A stretch of 36,577 bases of DNA from Patescibacteria group bacterium (lineage in GTDB: Bacteria; Patescibacteriota; Microgenomatia; UBA12405). Positions within the stretch are counted from its first letter, which is position 1. The number at the start of each line of letters is the position of its first letter. The notes under the pieces are model-generated. The model saw only the letters and a program-made list of their open reading frames with translations, was not told the DNA's origin and ran no database searches. Positions 1 through 8,389 of the stretch are shown one piece after another. Location: NCBI GenBank assembly GCA_023380755.1, contig JAMCSD010000004.1, positions 1 through 36,577 on the forward strand, written 5' to 3'. Both the position numbers and the translations under genes were made by a program.

Positions 1-36
1 CTTTGCTCGGATCCAAAACTACTACTTCCACCACCC
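1..36. repeat. 36-bp exact inverted copy of positions 453-488 (probable chimeric sequence end)
   Basis: 1-36 CTTTGCTCGGATCCAAAACTACTACTTCCACCACCC is the exact reverse complement of 453-488. The ORF track shows the same MLGSKTTTSTT start for 3..266(+) and 256..486(-). Confidence 0.95.
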
Positions 37-266
37 ACGGGGAATATAAGTTTAAAGCGATTTGCGTGGCCGATGATAAGCTAACTTATCCGTGCGGAGC
101 TTGCTTACAATATATGACCCAATTTTCCCAGGTAAACGATTATGATTTAGAAATCGTGGTGTCGGACTTAGAGGGAAAATACGAAATTAAAAAATTATCG
201 GAGTTATTACCGGAACGGTTTAAGAGTGCGACCTTTGATGGCAAACTAAAGGAGTTCAACCGATGA
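3..266 (+). CDS. cdd: Cytidine deaminase, C-terminal part only (5' truncated; first ~11 codons derive from the inverted copy)
   Basis: Zn-binding PCGACLQ motif, preceded by KFKAICV and followed by IVVSD...LSELLPERF, as in homotetrameric CDA. The N-terminal C/H-A-E motif is absent. Confidence 0.8.
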   Translation: MLGSKTTTSTTHGEYKFKAICVADDKLTYPCGACLQYMTQFSQVNDYDLEIVVSDLEGKYEIKKLSELLPERFKSATFDGKLKEFNR

Positions 267-835
267 TGAAAACAAATAAGAAGATTAAACGGGTGGCCTT
301 TTTCGGGGACGCCATGGTGAAGGAAGATGGAGAAAATTTTAAGAAAGCAATGGCAGTAGCCAAACTCCTGGCCAAAAACGGTTTTATTGTCGTTGACGGC
401 GGAGGACCGGGAATAATGTTGGCCGCTTCAAGGGGGGCCAAGGAAGCGGGTGGGGTGGTGGAAGTAGTAGTTTTGGATCCGAGCAAAGAACCGGGGAATT
501 ACGAAGGGACAAATCAAGAAAACCTGCAATTGGCCGATCGGGTTTATACAATGGAAAGTTATCCAGCACGGTTGGAAAAGCTATTAGAGCTGGCTGATGC
601 TTACGTGATTTTTGATGGCGGAGTAGGCACGCTATCGGAGGTGGGCATGACCTGGGAAATGGCTAAATTTAACCATGGACATCATGAGCCACTAGTGTTT
701 TTTGGTGATAACTGGGGGCAAGTGGTCCAAGATCTGGAAAAGGGAATGAATTATGAAAAAAAGGAGAAGGATGTAGTGTTTACCGTAGATAGTCCGGAGA
801 AGGTGCTGATGACACTAACCAAGGTTGAGAATTAG
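263..835 (+). CDS. LOG family nucleotide 5'-monophosphate nucleosidase (Rossmann-like)
   Basis: VAFFG, GGGPGIM and FDGGVGTLSE (variant of PGGxGTxxE); ATGA overlap with cdd. Confidence 0.85.
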   Translation: MMKTNKKIKRVAFFGDAMVKEDGENFKKAMAVAKLLAKNGFIVVDGGGPGIMLAASRGAKEAGGVVEVVVLDPSKEPGNYEGTNQENLQLADRVYTMESYPARLEKLLELADAYVIFDGGVGTLSEVGMTWEMAKFNHGHHEPLVFFGDNWGQVVQDLEKGMNYEKKEKDVVFTVDSPEKVLMTLTKVEN

Positions 836-1802
836 CACGAATTTCAATGGGAAAAAGTTCTTCCTTTAAGATGTGGGTTTTAGAAAGGGTAAGGCGAACT
901 ATTTGGGTATGGGAAGTGTTGTAGGACCAATTTTGGTCAAAAATAAAATTGCCCAAGGAATAGTAAATCTTTTTTCCGCGGTAAGTTTCACTCCCCTGCC
1001 AGACGTGGGGATGAGACCCATGAATAATATCGGCGCCAGCGTCAATTAACTGATGGGCCAGGGCCACCCGCCAGGGTTCAGGGGTGCTTAAATACTCGTT
1101 ACCCCAATGGAGAGAAACAATTAACCAATCGACTCCGGCCTTGTATTGTTTAACAAAGGAGACAAGGGTGGCAGTGTCGGTGGAGGGATGGGTAATTAAG
1201 TCAAAACCTAAGAAGCCGAAGGTAAGGCCGGAGATGGTTTGACGGGAGAAGACGGAGTCAGGGCTAGGTGAATAAACATAAGGGATGTGGTAGAGGGTTA
1301 AGAATTTTTGGGTAGCTTGGAGACCAGAAGCACCATAATTGAGGATATGGTTATTGGCCAGGGTGAAGCCAAACTTATATTGTTTTAAAAAGGGAAGAAA
1401 GCGAGGGTCGCCACAAAAAGTAAAGGTGCCGGTCCGACCTTCAGGACAATTGTCGATAATAGGACTTTCCAAGTTAGCAAAGGTGAAGTCATTACCAAGA
1501 AGCCAAGGACTGATTCCGGCAAAAGGCCAACTAAAATCTTTCTTGGCACGAGAATTAGCCGTAATAAAACGTCCCAATCCAAGATCCCCGACCAGTCCGA
1601 TGACAGCAGAAGGTTCGGGGGTAGGAGTCGGCGGCGGAAGTGACGGGAGGAGGGCAATTGGCAAAGATGAGGAATGGGGGGAAAGAAGCAGTCTCGAGCG
1701 GAAGCTCAAAGAAAGAAAAATCAGAAGAGAGACAAAAACTAAGGCGAGTAAAACCAAAGGCAGAAAGAGAGTCTTCACTAGTTTTATAATAACGTACGGC
1801 AT
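780..1802 (-). CDS. CapA/PGA_cap family metallophosphoesterase with N-terminal membrane anchor (start may be GTG at 1778)
   Basis: Motifs GDLGLGR, NLESP, LANNHILNYG, SLHWGNEY, GADIIHGSHPHV, YSLGNFIFDQ. Confidence 0.9.
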   Translation of the reverse strand: MPYVIIKLVKTLFLPLVLLALVFVSLLIFLSLSFRSRLLLSPHSSSLPIALLPSLPPPTPTPEPSAVIGLVGDLGLGRFITANSRAKKDFSWPFAGISPWLLGNDFTFANLESPIIDNCPEGRTGTFTFCGDPRFLPFLKQYKFGFTLANNHILNYGASGLQATQKFLTLYHIPYVYSPSPDSVFSRQTISGLTFGFLGFDLITHPSTDTATLVSFVKQYKAGVDWLIVSLHWGNEYLSTPEPWRVALAHQLIDAGADIIHGSHPHVWQGSETYRGKKIYYSLGNFIFDQNWSYNTSHTQIVRLTLSKTHILKEELFPIEIRANSQPWLVSSAPSPDYLR

Positions 1803-2583
1803 GAAAAAGATCGCCTTAGTTTTTGCAGCAGGATTAATTTTGGGAGGGTGCAGTTTAGCACCACAGCGCTCAGGAGCAGAAATAATGTCGAACCCACCGG
1901 CTAAGGTTTATATCGATGGGAAAGAGGCCGGGATGACCCCATATCGGAACAATAATTTAAAACCGGGGGAAATGCAGCTAAAACTAGTGACAAGTGACGG
2001 CAGCGAATGGCAAAAACAAATTAGGCTGGAAAATTACTCGGATACGGTGGTAGATTGGGAAATGGGGGATCAACAAAGCGGATATATCCTGACACTGGAA
2101 CGGCTGGGAGGACAAAAGTCAGGGTTGCTAGTAAACGCGGCACCAAACTCGGCAGCGGTGGCAATTGATGGGGAGATGAAAGGATTCTCACCATTAAAAA
2201 TCGAAGACGTTCAAGAAGGCGACAAACAAATAACGATTTCTTACCCGGGATACCAGAGCCAAACTATTTTTGCCAAGGGAGTGGCAGGATACCAATTGGT
2301 GGCGGAAGTGATACTGGCGCCGGAAACGCCGACCGTGACGACAACGCCAACACCGACACCAACGGAGGAATTGAACCAGAACTATGTGACGATCAAAACG
2401 ACGGAAACAGGCTGGCTGAGAGTACGAGATGCCGCTGCCGCTTCGGGCAAAGAGATTGCCAGAGTTAATCCGGGAGAAAAATACGTCTTGCTGGAAGAAA
2501 ACAATGGCTGGTCAAAAATTAAAGTCAACGCGACAATTTCCGGGTGGGTGTCATCGGCTTATGTGACGAAAGCCGGGCAATAA
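1801..2583 (+). CDS. Predicted lipoprotein with two PEGA-like domains, a Thr/Pro linker and a C-terminal SH3b-like domain
   Basis: Start moved to ATG 1801 (MKKIALVFAAGLILGGC, lipobox-like Cys; TATAAT at 1785-1790). SNPPAKVYIDG and NAAPNSAAVAIDG PEGA repeats; GWLRVR...NGWSKIK...GWVSSAYV SH3b. Confidence 0.8.
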   Translation: MKKIALVFAAGLILGGCSLAPQRSGAEIMSNPPAKVYIDGKEAGMTPYRNNNLKPGEMQLKLVTSDGSEWQKQIRLENYSDTVVDWEMGDQQSGYILTLERLGGQKSGLLVNAAPNSAAVAIDGEMKGFSPLKIEDVQEGDKQITISYPGYQSQTIFAKGVAGYQLVAEVILAPETPTVTTTPTPTPTEELNQNYVTIKTTETGWLRVRDAAAASGKEIARVNPGEKYVLLEENNGWSKIKVNATISGWVSSAYVTKAGQ

Positions 2584-3604
2584 AGGCTAAAAAAAGCAGG
2601 CCGATGCCAATAAAAACATAAAATTTCTGACGACTATTGAGGAAGAGAGCGATAAAGCCCAAAATGAGACTAAAAGCCCAATAAGTAAGAGCGATTTGCG
2701 GCCGGCTCCAGCCAAGGCGGAGAAGGCGATGATGAAGATGCTGACCATCACCCTGAAAAATAGAGCGATGATTTTTTAAGCGGCGAAAGATGGTAAACCC
2801 GGCATCGAGCATGGGGACACCCAAGACAAAGATGACTGTGGCTAACTTGGCGCCAGAAAGGATAGCCAAGAGACCCAAAAAAAATCCAGCCAAACTTTTA
2901 CCACTGTAACCGGGCATGATTTTTTGGGGATAAAAATTAAACGGCAAGAAGCCGAGATAAGCGCCAGTGACAGCACCAGCCAAAACAATAACCGGAAGCT
3001 GGGTCCGGTCAGCAAAACGCATGGCCAAAAGACCAATAAAAAAGGCACTGATGGCGGCAAATCCGGGAAGCTGCCCTTCAACACCAGTGGCCCAACCAAC
3101 ACTATTCATACACCAAGCCAACCAAATGATAGCCAACAAACCGGATAGGACCCAAAAGGAATGGGTTCCAAAAAAATTAAAGGTGAGGCGTAAAAAGGAT
3201 AAGTCGATGATGCCGCCAAAGGGATTAGAAATATAGGCAATCCCAATGCCAGAGGCAACAACAATGGCGGCAGCGAAAACATTAGTGAACAATCTTAATT
3301 TGGGGCTAATGTCCCGAAGGTCGTCCCAAAGACCGACGATTAAGGTCAGGAGGGCAGCCAAAAGAATTCCTAACAAATGCTTATCGAGCGGCAATAAAAA
3401 AAGGCTAGTAAAAAGAAGGCTAAAAAAGATGGGGAGACCGCCACCCCGAGGAACAGGGGTAAGGGCAGTGGCATTGTCGACCTTTTTTCGCTTAAGGCGG
3501 GGATCTTCCACCCAACCCTGACGAATGAAGAGCCAAATGGTAGTGGGGGTAATCAGGAAAGAGAAAAGGCAGGAAATGAGAATGGCACTTAAGAAAATGA
3601 TCAT
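2525..3604 (-). CDS. Polyprenyl-phosphate HexNAc-1-phosphate transferase (WecA/TagO, MraY-like)
   Basis: PRGGG, GLWDD, NFYPQKIMPG and HLHHRL motifs; about 10 hydrophobic segments. Confidence 0.85.
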   Translation of the reverse strand: MIIFLSAILISCLFSFLITPTTIWLFIRQGWVEDPRLKRKKVDNATALTPVPRGGGLPIFFSLLFTSLFLLPLDKHLLGILLAALLTLIVGLWDDLRDISPKLRLFTNVFAAAIVVASGIGIAYISNPFGGIIDLSFLRLTFNFFGTHSFWVLSGLLAIIWLAWCMNSVGWATGVEGQLPGFAAISAFFIGLLAMRFADRTQLPVIVLAGAVTGAYLGFLPFNFYPQKIMPGYSGKSLAGFFLGLLAILSGAKLATVIFVLGVPMLDAGFTIFRRLKNHRSIFQGDGQHLHHRLLRLGWSRPQIALTYWAFSLILGFIALFLNSRQKFYVFIGIGLLFLAFIARLSSHKPMTPTRKLSR

Positions 3605-3985
3605 TTAGGAAATAAGGGTGATGATTTGATAAAGCGTGATTAAAGACAATAAGCTGTAAATCAAAGAAAAGATGATTAAGGAGCGGGAAAGGAGACTTTT
3701 ATTACCAACAAAGAGAGCAGCAAAGACGGTATTAATTAAGCCAATAGTAATGGAGAAAATGGGAATAAAGAATAACTGGGAGGTGGAGCCAAGCTGACTT
3801 TCACCAAAGGGGAGAGAATAAAAAAGGGGAACCTCGGGCGGGAGCTGGTTAAATTTATAAATAAGGAAAGCCAGCTGGATGGCGATAACGATGAGGTTAA
3901 GGCGTAATAACTGGCTATTGATTTTTTGCTGCCAAAACAAGCCTAATTTTCCAATATTATTTTTTAGTGATTCGAAGAAGGTCAT
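3605..3985 (-). CDS. Small membrane protein (DUF1648-like)
   Basis: Three hydrophobic segments with LPPEVPLFY loop; abuts both neighbours. Confidence 0.65.
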   Translation of the reverse strand: MTFFESLKNNIGKLGLFWQQKINSQLLRLNLIVIAIQLAFLIYKFNQLPPEVPLFYSLPFGESQLGSTSQLFFIPIFSITIGLINTVFAALFVGNKSLLSRSLIIFSLIYSLLSLITLYQIITLIS

Positions 3986-5406
3986 GAGCGATGGTGATAA
4001 ACCTGGGCATCACCAAAGGCACGAACAAAATAATAATATTTATCAATAAAATCTTCGGTGCCCTTCTTTGGACGGTTGGCCATAGGATAGGTAATAATAA
4101 AATTGGGAAGGTGGGCTTCAAGTTTGTCCATGGTTTCCTTTTGGGCATTCAATTCAACGATATGGTACGCGACAGTAAAGCGGCCAACGGGAAGACGCCG
4201 GGATTCGGCATAAACGAAAGGCTCATCCCCCCAAACAAAAATTTGATCCTGAGGAGTAGTGGAGGCTTGGAGAAAATTAGCTAAATTTTGATTATCGTTG
4301 ACCCGAGAACCAAAATAGGCCTGGTAGGCAGCGGGAGATTCGAGGTGAAAAATATAACTATAAAAATTGAGGTAATAACGAACAACCGGATAATAATAGA
4401 ACTGATAGCCGACGGTGAGAATAAGGAGGCCAAGAAGGCTAAGGATGGCTAATAATTTGCTTTTGAGATGGACAAAAAGGAAACCCACTAACAAACAGAA
4501 AGGTGGAAGGACTTGAATTAAATAATGAGGGTAGGGACGACCAGAAAGAAGGGCACCGAAGATAGTAGCCGTAAACCAACCAACAACAAAAAGGACGTCA
4601 CGATGGACCTTCTTTTTAAGAAAAAGGAAGGCTAAGAGCATCCAGACACCAATAAGGACAAGCCCCCGTTGGCTGAGACCACCACTGGCGACACTGCTGG
4701 TATGACTGCCGGTAGCCCAGGAGGATAGATAGCCAAAATTTTGGAGAAGAGCGGCATTCAAAAAAGGCGTTAAAGCCCCATGAAGATAGAAATAGAAAGT
4801 CCAAAGAAGAATGGGTAGAGAAAAACCAGTTAGAAGGAAAAAGTACCTAGGAATCAAGGATTTGAGGTTCTGGAGGCTGGTTAAGAGGAGCCAAAAACAA
4901 ATAAAGGCGAATTCGATAGCAACCGGTACTTTGATGGTAAAGGCAAAACCAAGTAACAAACCAATCCATAAAAACCAAGAAGAGGAAGGCTTTTTAGCCC
5001 GCTGTAAAAAAAGTAAAAAGGCAGCAATGGTGGGAAGCAGCATAAAGATTTCGGCATTAGCAATGGTGCCTTCAATCAAAGGAATGGAGGAAAGGATAAG
5101 AAAAAGAAAGAAAGCGACAGTGCGGGCCCGACCAGAAAAGAAGTGGCGGACGAGAAGGTAAAAACAATAAAGGGTGGGGATCATCCACAGGAGGAGCAAG
5201 AGACGAAAACCAAAAACGGTGCCCCCAAGAGCGGCTAAGTAATATAAGGTCGGCGGTTTGTTGTCATGAATTTGCTGGTAAATGGTTAGGCCGTGTTTAA
5301 TGGCCTGGCCGAGGGTGAGGTAAATACCCTCATCACCATACCAGTAGGGTTCGAATAAGGTGGGAAGGCGCAAGAAGAGAAAAAGGGAAGCGGCAAGATA
5401 GACCAT
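3982..5406 (-). CDS. GT-C fold membrane glycosyltransferase (PMT/ArnT-like)
   Basis: N-terminal WYGDEGIY loop, DNKPP, many TM segments, KVP motif, soluble C-terminal domain. Confidence 0.8.
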   Translation of the reverse strand: MVYLAASLFLFLRLPTLFEPYWYGDEGIYLTLGQAIKHGLTIYQQIHDNKPPTLYYLAALGGTVFGFRLLLLLWMIPTLYCFYLLVRHFFSGRARTVAFFLFLILSSIPLIEGTIANAEIFMLLPTIAAFLLFLQRAKKPSSSWFLWIGLLLGFAFTIKVPVAIEFAFICFWLLLTSLQNLKSLIPRYFFLLTGFSLPILLWTFYFYLHGALTPFLNAALLQNFGYLSSWATGSHTSSVASGGLSQRGLVLIGVWMLLAFLFLKKKVHRDVLFVVGWFTATIFGALLSGRPYPHYLIQVLPPFCLLVGFLFVHLKSKLLAILSLLGLLILTVGYQFYYYPVVRYYLNFYSYIFHLESPAAYQAYFGSRVNDNQNLANFLQASTTPQDQIFVWGDEPFVYAESRRLPVGRFTVAYHIVELNAQKETMDKLEAHLPNFIITYPMANRPKKGTEDFIDKYYYFVRAFGDAQVYHHRS

Positions 5407-5429
5407 GGCTTTATTATGACACAGTAACT

Positions 5430-6941
5430 TTAAGCTTTTTTAACAGTAGTTTTGTACTCCAGCCGCTTACCCAACATCAATCGAGTATGGGAATGAAGCC
5501 CCGGTAGTACTGACATAGTGAGAGTGGCCACCGGCATAAAAGGCCATTGGAGTAAGTTTTTAAAAAAGCTTTTGAAATTTTTTTGAGGAGTTTTTGGCCG
5601 AAGTTTCCAATCGAGAAAAATGACGAGGAGCAGCGGAAGAAGACAAATAGTCAAGATAATATTGGAGATCCGGGGTAAATTAAAGCCAAGGGAAGTTTGA
5701 AAAAAGGTGGGGTTGAGAAGGACGGGTAAGCTGGTCCCTAAAGTAAGAATAAACCAATTACTAGACCAAATTAAATGGGTTTCAATGAGCTTGAAAATAC
5801 GCAATGCCCGGGTAAGGAAAGGGATTTCAGTATGAAGACGAGCCTGTTCGATAGCATAGGCAATGTCGACCGCCCCCCAAGCATGACGAAGACATTGGTT
5901 ATAGCGGTTTTTGAGGGCATCAAAATAGGTTTTACCATCCGGGGCATCAACAATGGTGGGTAAAAAGATGGGGTTGACCATCGCCCGGCCGCCAGTGGCA
6001 AAAAATGACTGGAGGAAAATATGCCAATCTTCGGGGATCATGTCCGGATCCCAGTAACCAGCCTGATTTATTAAATAGTAAGAAGAGGAATAACAAGAGT
6101 AATTAAAAAAGAGACCGTCAGGTTCCTGAATGTTGGCAATATGAAGGACATTGCCAATAGTACCGATAATGCGGATGGGGAAGGGCACTAAATCAATATT
6201 GTGGTGCCAAAAAATGGGTGATTGCCAGAATTTGAGGTAGCGGTGAGGATCGGAGGCAAAGAAATAGGTCAAGGCAGCAAAATAATGGGGATTAAAAATG
6301 GTGTCAACGTCGCAAGAAGAAAGAGTGAGAAACTTGAGGTTAAGTTGACCAGTATCAATAAAATTTTTCTTGAAATACTGGGCAGCCCACCGTTCGTTAC
6401 TGTGTTTGCCGGCTATCTCCCCAGGGAGACCGGGAGGATGGAAAGTAAAAATTAAACGGCCGAAAGTGCGGCCGTATTTTTCAGTGAAATAGTGGACGGT
6501 GCGGTCATTATTTTCAGCGCCAGCCCGTGCCTCGAGAGCAATAACGACGTGGAGCTTGGAAAGATCAATTTGGGTTTGAGCAGCCAGGCTGCCGACAGCC
6601 ATCTCGAGGACTTCGTTGGGTTCTTTATAAGCCGAAACGATGATAACGTGATTGATTTGGGCGTAATCGAGCCATTTTTTCGTTTTTTCCTGCTGAAAAC
6701 GCCGCAACCAATCAATAGTTTGGGATTTATTAATTTGAAAATAACCTTTGAGGGCAAAAAAGGAGGATTTAAAAGACTGATAAAGCCAGTAGACAAGAAA
6801 GGCGATAACAAAGTAACCGACCACCCGAGGAACTAGAATAGCTCCCCATAAAGGGAAGAGAATGATCATCCAGGCAAAGAGGCCGGGAAGCATTTCCCAA
6901 AAACGATAAATTCTGGTATTTTTGTTTATTGGGTAATTCAT
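5430..6941 (-). CDS. Membrane-bound GT2 family glycosyltransferase (processive/cellulose-synthase-like)
   Basis: CDVD (DxD), IPEDW and QCLRHAWG (QxxRW-like) motifs; flanking TM helices. Start set at ATG 6941 (MNYPIN) with TATAAT 13 nt upstream. Confidence 0.8.
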   Translation of the reverse strand: MNYPINKNTRIYRFWEMLPGLFAWMIILFPLWGAILVPRVVGYFVIAFLVYWLYQSFKSSFFALKGYFQINKSQTIDWLRRFQQEKTKKWLDYAQINHVIIVSAYKEPNEVLEMAVGSLAAQTQIDLSKLHVVIALEARAGAENNDRTVHYFTEKYGRTFGRLIFTFHPPGLPGEIAGKHSNERWAAQYFKKNFIDTGQLNLKFLTLSSCDVDTIFNPHYFAALTYFFASDPHRYLKFWQSPIFWHHNIDLVPFPIRIIGTIGNVLHIANIQEPDGLFFNYSCYSSSYYLINQAGYWDPDMIPEDWHIFLQSFFATGGRAMVNPIFLPTIVDAPDGKTYFDALKNRYNQCLRHAWGAVDIAYAIEQARLHTEIPFLTRALRIFKLIETHLIWSSNWFILTLGTSLPVLLNPTFFQTSLGFNLPRISNIILTICLLPLLLVIFLDWKLRPKTPQKNFKSFFKNLLQWPFMPVATLTMSVLPGLHSHTRLMLGKRLEYKTTVKKA

Positions 6942-6967
6942 TAAAATCACCCTGATTATACCAATAA

Positions 6968-7729
6968 ATGACTCCCCTACAGCAAGCAATCAAACAAACG
7001 CAGGAATATGCCTCGAGGTTTGGGGGAAGGTTAAGCAAAGAGGAATTATGTCAACGATTATTGTCGCCGCGAACATATTCTCCGGAAGAAATTCTCTTAA
7101 CAGCCAAAAGGCTAGGGATGACTTTTTACTCAGAACACTCGGAATGGCAGACTAGAAAATTGGACAAGGCAAAGAGGTTGGCAGACAAATTAAAAAGTTG
7201 GCCAGAGATACTGTTGATCGGGGTGACCGGATCGGTGGCCGCGGGATACCCAGACGAAGAAGAAGATATAGATCTTTTTAAATAACTCAATCACCATCAG
7301 CTATGGTGGACCAGATTAAAACTGAAGAGATGGCTGGGGCAACAACAAATCCCCCACCGAAAATACAGAGACCAGGAGCAACCAGATGCTTTTTGTTTTA
7401 ACCTCTGGCTGGACAGAAAAGCAATACTATTGCCCAAACAACGGCAAACACGACAGAATGCGGTCGACCTAGTAATGATGATTCCAGTGTTAAACAACAA
7501 CCAAACTTATGAAAAGTTCTTACAAGTAAACCATTGGGTAAAACAATATGTTGCCACCGGCTATCAAGAGAAGACGAGATTTATAGCTACCATAAAGGAG
7601 GAAAAAGAAGAAAAGAATGTAGTCACTAAAATTGTTAACGATGTTTGTTATGCGGGGCAAAGAATTTATATGGGCAGAAGAATCGGCAAGGGTGAAGTGG
7701 GCATACACAAAGCCTATTTCTACCCTTAA
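6968..7729 (+). pseudogene. Pol-beta superfamily nucleotidyltransferase-domain gene interrupted by one in-frame TAA (7283-7285)
   Basis: ORFs 6968..7285 and 7430..7729 share a frame. GVTGSVAAG...DIDLF motif just before the stop; after it the frame continues LNHHQLWWTR...FCFNLWLD without further stops. Confidence 0.75.
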
Positions 7730-7750
7730 GCATAAAACTGCTACAATAAG

Positions 7751-8389
7751 ATGGTGATTGAGTTATTTAAAAAGGTCTTCTTTACCTTTGGATATACTGT
7801 ATTTGCGGTAACTTTGGCGTGGTTAATTCTATTTGTATCGATATCGCGAACGTCGCTGGCAATTCTAGCCCGACAAAATGGCCTGGAAAAAAACAAAAGC
7901 CAGCTGATTGCCCTAGCCAATCCGACCAACGGGACAAATAGTAATGGAACATATAAATTGCCGGAGGTGTCGACATTACCAACAAACGTATTTTATGGCT
8001 TAAAGGTGATTCGGGACTATTTGTGGCTGACTTTTAGCTCCAGTTCAGCGGAAAAAGCAAGAATTTCATTGTTTTTGGCCGATAAAAAGATGGCCGAAAT
8101 GTATGCTCTCATTAAAACGCAACAAAGTTCTTATGCCTTGGAAGCAGCAACGGGAGCCTTGGAGAAATTGCGGTATTCTCAACGAGAAACTGATAAAATA
8201 GTTAATCAGCCTGAGGTAAAAGCCCAATCGACTCAAAATCTGGCGAAAGCAGGGGTGGCCTACCGGCAAATGGTAGAATCACTTAAATCTTTGATCGATC
8301 TTGACCAAATTAAATACTCGGAATTAACAAAAGGATTAGATGACTTCAATCAAGAAGAAAGCAGTAAAATTACGCAACAGACACTTTAA
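7751..8389 (+). CDS. DUF5667-like protein with N-terminal TM helix
   Basis: LPTNVFYGLKVIRDYLWLTF...KARISLFLADKKMAE pattern typical of this CPR-enriched family. Confidence 0.7.
   Translation: MVIELFKKVFFTFGYTVFAVTLAWLILFVSISRTSLAILARQNGLEKNKSQLIALANPTNGTNSNGTYKLPEVSTLPTNVFYGLKVIRDYLWLTFSSSSAEKARISLFLADKKMAEMYALIKTQQSSYALEAATGALEKLRYSQRETDKIVNQPEVKAQSTQNLAKAGVAYRQMVESLKSLIDLDQIKYSELTKGLDDFNQEESSKITQQTL

Noticed and set aside
1339-1800. 154-codon 5' extension of the PEGA/SH3 ORF
   Set aside because: Antisense shadow of the CapA gene; the signal peptide and -10 box point to ATG 1801.
6968-7729. Alternative genetic code or selenocysteine/pyrrolysine recoding to explain the internal stop
   Set aside because: The stop is TAA, not TGA or TAG. 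TAA terminates many genes here, and TGA also acts as a stop (e.g. transketolase C subunit).
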